NCBI GenBank assembly: GCA_964582295.1
Contig: CAZOQP010000002.1
Span: 148,268 to 209,369 of the forward strand
Direction of reading: 5' to 3'
DNA length: 61,102 nucleotides
From: an uncultured Candidatus Saccharibacteria bacterium
Lineage (GTDB): Bacteria; Patescibacteriota; Minisyncoccia; Phycocordibacterales; Zambryskibacteraceae
Shown: piece after piece, positions 37,473-45,508 of the stretch
Layout: each line of letters begins with the position of its first letter
Position numbering within the stretch: position 1 is the stretch's first letter
Notes under the pieces: generated by a model
Told to the model about the DNA's origin: nothing
Seen by the model: only the letters and a program-made list of their open reading frames with translations
Databases searched by the model: none
Program-made: the position numbers and the translations under genes

Positions 37473-37505
37473 AGCCGCGTGATGTGTTGAACACATCACG
37501 CGGCT
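37473..37505. terminator. Palindrome between the tRNAs and gmk
   Basis: AGCCGCGTGATGTGTT-G-AACACATCACGCGGCT. Confidence 0.65.
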
Positions 37506-37520
37506 ATGGCCCGAAATTTT

Positions 37521-38114
37521 TCATAGGCCACGACTCCACATTGCCGCAAGTACGCGGTTAAGTGCGGATTTACCAGGAGTCCCCTCCTGCAGATTTTGCA
37601 CTAAAACGAAAGGGAGCCGCAAGCTCCGCATCTTCACCGGCGTCCAATCTTCTGCTTCTTTAAGGCGTGCGGCGGCAACCAGAGGATCATCTCCCCTTTT
37701 TATCATGCGCTCCAATTCATGATGCCCGGGATCTTCAATAAAAAAAGAAAGTACTCTCTCCGGGCCGGCGAATTCGTGCAGTTTTGCCACTGCTTCAGGC
37801 ACAAGCGTCATGACAGAAACCGTTTCTCCCTCGAGCGCTTTCTCTACATCCACTCTCCTGGTGGCGTAGAAATAGCCGCTATGGGATATGTTCCAGAGAA
37901 ATGAATGTTCGGACTTGAGAATCTGGAACTGACTAAGGGAAATGTATTCATATTCCCCCTTTACATCCCGCGGACTTTCAGGGCGTGTAGTAACGCTCCG
38001 TCCTTGAAAAATTTTAATGTCCGGTCTTGCTGTGAGAACCTTGCGAGCGATAGTGCTTTTCCCTACCCCGGGCGGTCCGGTAAACGTAACAAACCGCAGA
38101 AGTGCATCATGCAT
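37521..38114 (-). CDS. gmk: Guanylate kinase-like protein
   Basis: GPPGVGKST, SVTTRP, EYEYIS, YFYAT; start ATG 38114. Confidence 0.8.
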   Translation of the reverse strand: MHDALLRFVTFTGPPGVGKSTIARKVLTARPDIKIFQGRSVTTRPESPRDVKGEYEYISLSQFQILKSEHSFLWNISHSGYFYATRRVDVEKALEGETVSVMTLVPEAVAKLHEFAGPERVLSFFIEDPGHHELERMIKRGDDPLVAAARLKEAEDWTPVKMRSLRLPFVLVQNLQEGTPGKSALNRVLAAMWSRGL

Positions 38115-38252
38115 AAGCCCCCTATGGTTTTGAAGATTGCTTTCTCTGCTCCCATTCAAACATGCATAATCATCAAACACAATTAAGCTGTTCTATTTGA
38201 TGGAATAACAAGCTTGAAGCTTACAGATTTAAGCTATAAGCTTTATCAGTCC

Positions 38253-38325
38253 CCGCCCATAACTCAGTTGGTAGAGTAGCCGCCTCTTAAGCGGAATGTC
38301 GTTGGTTCGAATCCAACTGGGCGGA
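38253..38325 (+). tRNA. tRNA-Lys(CTT)
   Basis: CCGCCCA/TGGGCGG, CCGC-CTCTTAA-GCGG, GTTGG-TTCGAAT-CCAAC. Confidence 0.92.
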
Positions 38326-38417
38326 CATGTAGTGATAAGCTCCTGATAAAGACAGATTGGACAAAAGGACAACCTCAAGTAAAGTAACCGCAGAACCTCA
38401 CCCGGAGAAACAGTTCA

Positions 38418-39089
38418 ATGACATCCGACACAGTGAAAGAATCGCCTGCACGGCAGTTCCTGCGTGAGACATTCGAGAAAGTGGTCCTAAGAATGAACGG
38501 GGTAAGTATCCCTCTTCTGGGACGAAACATCTGGATAGAGGAAGGGCCGAAAAGGCATTTTCTTGGCAGTGAGCTAGTCTTCATCCGGACAGAGAAACAT
38601 GCCTGGGCTTTATGTTTTTCCGAAAAATCTGCGGGTAGATATGCCGAGGAGCGGGCTGCTGACATTTCTGCAGTTCTTGTTTTGCCGAAATCTCAGCAGA
38701 AAGGCAAATTGGTCGAAGCTAGAGATACACACGGCATATTCGGAACGTGCTATGCCGACGTTGATTCTCCGATCTTCGATCCCCAATCCATTCTGCAACT
38801 CCTCATGGAAACATTTGAGGGCGGTGAAGATCTTCGGAACTCCATCTTGGCGGGAGACAATCTTGGCCGCATCGGTACACGTGATACTTCACGCTTTGCC
38901 GACTTCATGCATGCACTGGGGCATAAGGCGTTTGAAAACCATCGTTACGATTCCTTCTCTGAATATCCGGAGGAAATGCAGGAGCTATCTATCAGGAATA
39001 TCTGCCGACTTCTTGCAGGAGAGAATATTTCTGCACAAAGTTGGGATGTCGGCGGTAACCTTCGGATAGGACTACCGAAAGGAGTTTGA
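38418..39089 (+). CDS. Hypothetical protein (223 aa)
   Basis: Long ORF between two tRNAs, followed by palindrome GAGGGAGCACGGCCGTGCTCCCTC (39100-39123). Confidence 0.65.
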   Translation: MTSDTVKESPARQFLRETFEKVVLRMNGVSIPLLGRNIWIEEGPKRHFLGSELVFIRTEKHAWALCFSEKSAGRYAEERAADISAVLVLPKSQQKGKLVEARDTHGIFGTCYADVDSPIFDPQSILQLLMETFEGGEDLRNSILAGDNLGRIGTRDTSRFADFMHALGHKAFENHRYDSFSEYPEEMQELSIRNICRLLAGENISAQSWDVGGNLRIGLPKGV

Positions 39090-39150
39090 ATAAGCGCGAG
39101 AGGGAGCACGGCCGTGCTCCCTCGAATTGTTTATGACACAATAGAAAAAC

Positions 39151-39231
39151 GGGCGGGTGGTGAAATGGTATACACGCTAGTTTTAGGAACTGGTCCCGCA
39201 AGGGGTGGAGGTTCAAGTCCTCTCCCGCCCA
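39151..39231 (+). tRNA. tRNA-Leu(TAG)
   Basis: GGGCGGG/CCCGCCC, CTAGT-TTTAGGA-ACTGG, long variable arm. Confidence 0.95.
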
Positions 39232-39391
39232 CAAATTTAACGAAGTGAAATTGTGCAGCGAGAAAGCAAACTGCTTTGCTTTCGTGAGAGGACTTGAAAA
39301 GGTTCTCCTAAATTTTTGAGTCTGCTATTGCGGATGAAAAAATAGGAAACCTGTACTGAAGCTGTAAGATTCAGGATCTCTCCCGCGCACA
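39232..39391 (+). mobile_element. tRNA-Leu 3'-anchored mini-element (158-bp repeat spacing)
   Basis: Inverted T-arm copy GAGAGGACTTGAA (39286-39298) and an 18/22 direct copy of the tRNA 3' end (39370-39391). Confidence 0.55.
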
Positions 39392-39468
39392 CTTGACTTT
39401 TATATGTATAGTATGATATAATAGTGGCAGAGCAGTACCTAACACACTACTCACACGAGGGTACTACA

Positions 39469-40482
39469 TTGTCTCCGTTTCTACTCCTGTCTCTGCTAAG
39501 CATAGTGGTCATTGTGACCCTCTGCTGGCTCATCCCTAACGCATTTGCGAATGAACACAAATTCTGGAATCGCGTCCATGAAAATGAGATTGTGTTCGTT
39601 AAGAAGGAAGGGAAAGTTGTCTTGGGCTTCTGCGGTGTCCCGGGAGTCCGATTCGCCGGAGCTATTCCCGGACACAGGCAGCCAAACAAACTGCTGAAAG
39701 GAGCGGATCCGTGCGGGTACTACGCGCTCGTCCCTGATTCCACACATCAAGGAGATCAGGGACTACACTGGATCGGAATTTTTCCAAGGTACCAGGTACA
39801 CAGTCATGTTTTTGCCTGGTCAAAGTTCGCTCAGGAAAAGGACAAGCCGGTTGAAGTAGTTGTCGCTCGGCAGGAAGAAGTTTTCTCGATGTACCATCGC
39901 TCTACATACGCGATTGTCGTCGAAGGCCGCACCAACGACAACATGCCCGGTCAGTCTATCCTCCAAGTGGAGATCGAGACCATTAGACCGTACGTCGCCC
40001 TCTTCGTAATACGTAAGTGGCTTGATGTGACAAAAATGTACATTGAGTCACGGGTCAACAAAGTCATCGGCAGGATAAACTTCGATGCAATCACGAGTGC
40101 ACGATGGAAGAGGACGTACGAACAAGAGCTCGTAAGCTCCATTCTCGCTCTCAATGACGACATCGGTTTTGACCCGAACAACGTGCGAACACTGATTGAT
40201 GAGGTCGGTGTGAGAATCCGCAACGTATCTTGGAGTCAGTTCGTTCCGACTCCGGGCCAGAAACTGGAGGAGATTTATCTTCTCGATGCCCGCGGGACTG
40301 CGGAGGCGAAAAACCTCAAGCGGCTCGTCAAGAGCGGTGGAGGAACACCTGAACAGGTGCTCGACTACCTGAAAAACAGGGAGTTGGCCGACGCACTCAA
40401 GAATACCAAAGCAAGTACCATTGTCGTCGGGAGTTCCGGCATCGGTGTAAATGTCGGCGGTGGAGGCAGCAAGAAGCCATAA
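39469..40482 (+). CDS. SPFH/Band-7-like membrane protein
   Basis: N-terminal TM, beta-rich insert, SPFH-like core (GVRIRNVSW), A..EA coiled tail; TTG start with GAGGG. Confidence 0.6.
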   Translation: MSPFLLLSLLSIVVIVTLCWLIPNAFANEHKFWNRVHENEIVFVKKEGKVVLGFCGVPGVRFAGAIPGHRQPNKLLKGADPCGYYALVPDSTHQGDQGLHWIGIFPRYQVHSHVFAWSKFAQEKDKPVEVVVARQEEVFSMYHRSTYAIVVEGRTNDNMPGQSILQVEIETIRPYVALFVIRKWLDVTKMYIESRVNKVIGRINFDAITSARWKRTYEQELVSSILALNDDIGFDPNNVRTLIDEVGVRIRNVSWSQFVPTPGQKLEEIYLLDARGTAEAKNLKRLVKSGGGTPEQVLDYLKNRELADALKNTKASTIVVGSSGIGVNVGGGGSKKP

Positions 40483-40646
40483 ATGAGCCTTTGTGGGCCA
40501 AGGCCCAGGATACTTCAAAGTATCCTGGGCCTTTTCATTTTTATGCCTATTTCTAAGCCCTATATAATAAACTTGACAAGAATGTTTTATATGCTATACT
40601 GTAGGGAGAGCCCGAGAAATCAATCATCTTCGCCTGGAGGGGCATC

Positions 40647-41348
40647 ATGTTCTGGATCTTTGAGATACTCTGGATTATCGCTTGCGGAGGGATTGCGATC
40701 TACCTCTTCGCGAACAGAGGAGAACAGTGGTACATCGACTACGTGGGGCCACGGCTTCATGTTCTCATCGGTATCGCGGTTGCCGGTTTCGTCCTCGGTG
40801 CTACTTTTATTATCATGGAAAATTTCTTTCCGGATAATATGAAATGGTTCCGTGGATATGGCCCCAACGACTATGGGCATATGCATACATTCGTAACGTG
40901 CATACTCATCGTTGGTGCTCTGCTCGCAACGCGAAATAACGTTGCCCGCAGTGTCGGCACGGTACTCTTCTCTGTCGCTTCCCTTTCACTTGCTATCAGC
41001 ATGAGTGATGCGTGGAGGCGGTATCCGAAGACCCCGAAAGAAACTCGGGCGGTGACAACGACTGGTGGAGCATTGGTGTCCAGACAGGAATTAAGACAGG
41101 ACACCATCACACTTGTTGCAGGCATGGAAACAACGGTGCCGATACCGGTGTGTCGCGAATCACGGGCAACGTACGTCGTCACCGACACTGTGGCGATCCG
41201 CGTCAACGGAAGAGCGGACACGGTATACGTCGCTCCCGGCGAACTTCCAGACCTTGGAAGGTCAGTATCGTCGTTGAGTGTCACCTCCAGGACGAACGGA
41301 ATGGTGGCGCTCACGTCATGGAAGTCAAATCATCCGGTATGCCGTTAG
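40647..41348 (+). CDS. Multi-TM membrane protein with C-terminal extracellular beta domain
   Basis: 4 hydrophobic segments; promoter TTGACA-N16-TATACT and SD GGAGGGG. Confidence 0.7.
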   Translation: MFWIFEILWIIACGGIAIYLFANRGEQWYIDYVGPRLHVLIGIAVAGFVLGATFIIMENFFPDNMKWFRGYGPNDYGHMHTFVTCILIVGALLATRNNVARSVGTVLFSVASLSLAISMSDAWRRYPKTPKETRAVTTTGGALVSRQELRQDTITLVAGMETTVPIPVCRESRATYVVTDTVAIRVNGRADTVYVAPGELPDLGRSVSSLSVTSRTNGMVALTSWKSNHPVCR

Positions 41349-41413
41349 AGAAAAGCAACAGCCGACACATTACAATGTGTCGGCTGTTTTTCTTTGGTTG
41401 GAATTTTATTTAC

Positions 41414-41677
41414 CTAGCGACCAAAGAGGAATGTGGGCAGGGGTAAACCAAAAGTTCCAAGTACTATCCTGATGATGCCGAATACCGAGAACATAATAAG
41501 AAGCCCTACAAGCCCCCACACTATGTTCCTCTGTCCTTCCTTACGTTTCTCCGCATCTGCAGGGTTTCTCATGAAGTTAAAGAGTCCCCAGAGGAACAAG
41601 AGAACCGCCACGGCAAAGCCGAATGTGATAAGAGGATTAAGGATAATCCCGTTTACCTTGTGGATGAATTCGGTCAC
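41414..41677 (-). CDS. TrbC/VirB2-like pilin (6 of 6)
   Basis: Two TM helices around a basic loop; GQRNIVWGLVGLLIMFSVFGII. Confidence 0.8.
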   Translation of the reverse strand: MTEFIHKVNGIILNPLITFGFAVAVLLFLWGLFNFMRNPADAEKRKEGQRNIVWGLVGLLIMFSVFGIIRIVLGTFGLPLPTFLFGR

Positions 41678-41698
41678 GAAGTACTCTAACGAGGAATG

Positions 41699-42055
41699 TT
41701 AATTGACCTGATTGACTCTCGGAACGTTAGGCAAGCCCTCTCCTTGTCTGATGCCCAAAGCGTTTCCCAGAAATGCCACTAATCCCCAAACAGAAACCAT
41801 CACGAAGAGGGCGACGATGCCCCAGATCATGGTGTCCTTTCCTTTCTTTTTTGCCTCCTCATCTCCAGCGGCAAGCACGAACCTTGCTAAACCATAGAAG
41901 AAGAACAGCAATGCCAGAGCCACTACTATAGGTAGGGATGTGTTGATAATTGAACCTATTCTCACTACAAATGTCTCAAGGTTACCCAACGGCTGTTGAG
42001 CAAGAGCGAGCATAGGCAATGCGAATGTGCTAGATGCGGCGATAAATCGTTTCAT
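41699..42055 (-). CDS. TrbC/VirB2-like pilin (5 of 6)
   Basis: Signal peptide, GKDTMIWGIVALFVMVSVWGLV; start ATG 42055. Confidence 0.8.
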   Translation of the reverse strand: MKRFIAASSTFALPMLALAQQPLGNLETFVVRIGSIINTSLPIVVALALLFFFYGLARFVLAAGDEEAKKKGKDTMIWGIVALFVMVSVWGLVAFLGNALGIRQGEGLPNVPRVNQVN

Positions 42056-42145
42056 ATTCTTAATATTATTCTTAAAACCCACTTATTTAGGTTTATAGCA
42101 TTATACCGCACATAGACAGCCCTAAGGGCTTCGTGGGGATATCTA

Positions 42146-42562
42146 TTAAAGAGCTCCGCCGAATATATCGTGCTGAATGAAAGCAACCAGTCCCCACACA
42201 GAAACCATTACAAAAAGGGCGATAATACCCCAAAGCATTGTTTTCCTTCCCTCTTCTATGGCTTTTGTGTCGCCTTGAGCGCGCACAACTTTAAATACGC
42301 CCCATAGAAATACCAGGAGGGCGGCTGAAACAGTGATGGGAATGAGGCGGTTAAAGAACTGACCGACACAAATTATTATCTCCTGGATATTATCATTGGA
42401 ACACGAGAGAGACGTCTGCGAGGTCTGCGGACAACCAACAGGAAATGGGCCGCTACCGCCAGTGCGGCAACGAGGGTCAATATTTATGCCCTGGGCAGAA
42501 GAAAAAAGAGGAAGAACGACAAAGACGAGAAGTAAAACTGATATGAACTTTTTTATTTTCAT
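42146..42562 (-). CDS. TrbC/VirB2-like pilin (4 of 6)
   Basis: GRKTMLWGIIALFVMVSVWGLV; start ATG 42562 (ATGA overlap). Confidence 0.8.
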   Translation of the reverse strand: MKIKKFISVLLLVFVVLPLFSSAQGINIDPRCRTGGSGPFPVGCPQTSQTSLSCSNDNIQEIIICVGQFFNRLIPITVSAALLVFLWGVFKVVRAQGDTKAIEEGRKTMLWGIIALFVMVSVWGLVAFIQHDIFGGAL

Positions 42563-42897
42563 TGAGGCAACTGGGGCAGTCCTATTCTTCCTCCGAAGAC
42601 ACTTACATGGAGCAGATTCACGATACCGAAGAAAGATATCATCACAAAAAGGATAATGATGCCCCATATCATAAGTTGCTTCCCTTCATCTTCTGCCTTT
42701 TCGCTTCCCGCCTTTTTTATGAAAATAAGAAGACCTTTGAAAAAGAACCACAAAGAAACCACAATGATGACGGGTATCAAAAGGTTTATGATGTTTATGA
42801 AAAGTGCAAGAAATCCTTTGAAATCAGTGGGAGCGTCCCCTACTTGATATATCGCAGGAAGCGCAGGCAAAAGTTTGGTTTTAAGTCTTGAACGCAT
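42559..42897 (-). CDS. TrbC/VirB2-like pilin (3 of 6)
   Basis: GKQLMIWGIIILFVMISFFGIV. Confidence 0.75.
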   Translation of the reverse strand: MRSRLKTKLLPALPAIYQVGDAPTDFKGFLALFINIINLLIPVIIVVSLWFFFKGLLIFIKKAGSEKAEDEGKQLMIWGIIILFVMISFFGIVNLLHVSVFGGRIGLPQLPQ

Positions 42898-43306
42898 CTA
42901 ATGTGTTTTGAATAGCATACGAAATGGCAAGCGCCCCCAGAAGAATGGCCGCTCCTATTACAGAATAAAGAAGACTGGCACGGGCTTTTTTAATTTTGTC
43001 TTCGCTTCCCATTGCTGTAACAAAAAGAAAGCCGGAATATATGATCATCAAGGTAACCACTATTCCACCTATAGGCATTATCACTTTTTCAAGGACTGCG
43101 TTTATAAGCTCACCCAGAGTGTTACCGAGCTTAAAGGGGTTTTCTATTTTTCCGGTACTCGGAATGTTCCCTTGGGTGGTACCACCTGGAATATTACCCT
43201 GATTGGTTCTCTGAGCGACTACCTCATGCACTGGAAAAAGCACCAATGAGAACAAAATAGAAAAACCGAAGAGGATAGACACGGTGATTGAAATATTTTT
43301 TTTCAT
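42881..43306 (-). CDS. TrbC/VirB2-like pilin (2 of 6)
   Basis: IENPF, YSGFLFVTAMGSEDKIKKAR..LLYSVIGAAILLGA; start ATG 43306. Confidence 0.8.
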   Translation of the reverse strand: MKKNISITVSILFGFSILFSLVLFPVHEVVAQRTNQGNIPGGTTQGNIPSTGKIENPFKLGNTLGELINAVLEKVIMPIGGIVVTLMIIYSGFLFVTAMGSEDKIKKARASLLYSVIGAAILLGALAISYAIQNTLDAFKT

Positions 43307-43307
43307 A

Positions 43308-43982
43308 TCAGTTGCGTATTCTTTCCAGAAGATCAATAGGCCCCCCTTCCCCGCTCGGTAATACGAATGTATTCATTATAGTGTACACCACCAAAAAGGC
43401 GGCCAGGATGATGATAAAGCCCTTGCCTATTTTCATAAGAAGTTCCTTTCCTTCCTTTATCTTTCCGGGATCCCCTTGAGATGTGAGTATCTTGAAGCCG
43501 GCCACTGCAAACCCTACGGCCGCAACGGGAAGAGAAAGCAGAATGAGGAATTCTATTATGTTATTCGCAAGAGTTACTAGGTCATTAAAATCACAAGGGT
43601 CTGCCTCCGTACCTTTGCAGGGAATAAGTCCGTTATCATCCGGAGTGCTTACGTCTGGCTGGGGAGCAGATAATTCTCCTGTATTCGGCTGTGTTTCGGG
43701 TAACACAAATACCGAGCCAGCTTCTCCTCCAGCATCGATACTGTCACCTGCCTCAATAATATCCCTCGTCTCTATGTCACCACCCGTTTGCACATCGCCT
43801 CCACCTGGAACACTTCCACCAGATCTGATGGCTCCGCCCGAGCGAGTGGAACCGCCGCTTTGAGTGTTTCCTCCGGATTCAATAGGCGGGGTGCCGAAAG
43901 GTGCCGTGGTTTGGGCAGACGCCTCAAGATAAGCAAAGGAGAGGACTGCGATGAGAATGGAGATGGCGAATATATTTCGCAT
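43308..43982 (-). CDS. TrbC/VirB2-like pilin with Gly-rich hexapeptide stalk (1 of 6)
   Basis: Signal peptide, SGGxxx repeats, GLIPC..C, AGFKILTSQGDPGKIKEGK. Confidence 0.8.
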   Translation of the reverse strand: MRNIFAISILIAVLSFAYLEASAQTTAPFGTPPIESGGNTQSGGSTRSGGAIRSGGSVPGGGDVQTGGDIETRDIIEAGDSIDAGGEAGSVFVLPETQPNTGELSAPQPDVSTPDDNGLIPCKGTEADPCDFNDLVTLANNIIEFLILLSLPVAAVGFAVAGFKILTSQGDPGKIKEGKELLMKIGKGFIIILAAFLVVYTIMNTFVLPSGEGGPIDLLERIRN

Positions 43983-43986
43983 AGTG

Positions 43987-45303
43987 TCAGATATTTTGGC
44001 CGGACGCCTGCGGGATCAAATTCTCAAGAAGTGTTTGGAACTCGGCTTGGCCACGATTCACCGCTTCTTCCACCCGCAGGCGTCCGCTTGTAACGTTCTC
44101 TATCATGTTCTTGAAAATAATGTCTGTGGCTTCTGTATCAGGATCCTTCCATGCAACGGCCCGGATGGCTGAATCATAAAATATGGCGGCAAAAGGATCG
44201 GCCGGAACTGTTTTCAAAAGATCGCGCCGTGCCGGAGGCAAAGCAACCATTCCTGAAAGTAAACTCACGGATGGTGTACTCATCATTTCAAAAGCAACAC
44301 CGAATGCGGCTGTGGGGTTGAATGTAGCTTTGGTTACTGCAATAGTCAGGAAACGCCCGTAAGTAATTTCCCGTAAAGAGCCGGATGATTGCGGAAGGCG
44401 TGCCGCATCAAAAGAAAGATTTGGATTTTTGTCGCGTATTTTCTGAAGGTCTGATGCAAGACCCACAAACATCGCCGAATCCCCCGCTGCGAATTGGGTC
44501 AGAGAATCTGGCAGAGAACGGTTCCAGGTGTAGAAGATCTTGGCGGGGTTTGAAAATTCAGTGAAGAAAAGGAGTGCCGCATTGCCAGGCCCATAAGGAA
44601 GATTATATGTGTTGGTAAGAGTTGCCCTTATATAGAGGCTGGTGTCTTCTACAATCCTTCCTCCCGCCTGCATCACCATGGTGGCGAGTATCGGCTTTGC
44701 ATAAAGCACGTTGTTGTAGCTTCCTAGAGGAATAGCTGATTGAGAGATGGCTCCCGTATTCACATTTTTAGTTGTGAGATTCGCCGCAAGAGTGTACATA
44801 TCTGCCCAAAGAGCAGGCGGCGAGATGAGCGAAGCATTAGTGAAAATATCTCGGTTGTAATAAAGAACCAAAGGATCAACAACGAGAGGCACACCAAGAT
44901 AACCTTTGGGTGTTGCAAGGACCGCCGCCCCTTCTATGAAATCATTCTGGAAATCTCTCTGCGAGAAAGACTCAAAAGGAATAACGTAAAGCTTGGCTTG
45001 GTTTTTAAGTATTCGCTCATGGAAAGCCAGTACTACGTCGGGCCCTCGGCCCTCGGCTATGGCATTTACGAGTTCGCTGTCAAAACCCGAGTCGGGAATG
45101 AAGGTGTAGCTTATGTTATAGAGCTTGTTCCCGTATATAGGAGAGGAGGCATACCAGCTGTTCCATAAATTCGTGGGTAGTGTGCCCCACACAGAAATGT
45201 CCGCCGTGGCCTGACCGCCGCCTTTGTACACGGAAAAGGCGATGACTCCGCCGACGATAGCAAGACCGAATATTATAATGACAGCGAGCTGAAACTTCGT
45301 CAT
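43987..45303 (-). CDS. Extracellular solute-binding-protein-like, membrane anchored
   Basis: TM anchor, ISVWG, GRGPDVV, PLVVDPLVLYYNRDIF (family-1 SBP pattern). Confidence 0.8.
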   Translation of the reverse strand: MTKFQLAVIIIFGLAIVGGVIAFSVYKGGGQATADISVWGTLPTNLWNSWYASSPIYGNKLYNISYTFIPDSGFDSELVNAIAEGRGPDVVLAFHERILKNQAKLYVIPFESFSQRDFQNDFIEGAAVLATPKGYLGVPLVVDPLVLYYNRDIFTNASLISPPALWADMYTLAANLTTKNVNTGAISQSAIPLGSYNNVLYAKPILATMVMQAGGRIVEDTSLYIRATLTNTYNLPYGPGNAALLFFTEFSNPAKIFYTWNRSLPDSLTQFAAGDSAMFVGLASDLQKIRDKNPNLSFDAARLPQSSGSLREITYGRFLTIAVTKATFNPTAAFGVAFEMMSTPSVSLLSGMVALPPARRDLLKTVPADPFAAIFYDSAIRAVAWKDPDTEATDIIFKNMIENVTSGRLRVEEAVNRGQAEFQTLLENLIPQASGQNI

Positions 45304-45364
45304 TTGCATACATACATATAGTAACCCACAACCAGCGAGCAACAATTCACACCATGAACTTAAA

Positions 45365-45504
45365 GAGCGAGGGGTATTCCTTGAAAATGTTTTTTGAGTA
45401 AAGCACTCAGACACGAAAAGAGACTCAGACCCGGGGCACGCCCCGGAGTGGTCTCTTTTCGTGTCTGAGTGCGTGCCTCCATTTTCAGAGAATACCCCGA
45501 GCGA
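45365..45504 (+). repeat. GAGCGA-flanked palindromic element 3
   Basis: GAGCGA-GGGGTATTC...GAATACCCC-GAGCGA with inner 20-bp arms ACTCAGACACGAAAAGAGAC/GTCTCTTTTCGTGTCTGAGT. Confidence 0.8.
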
Positions 45505-45508
45505 CGTT

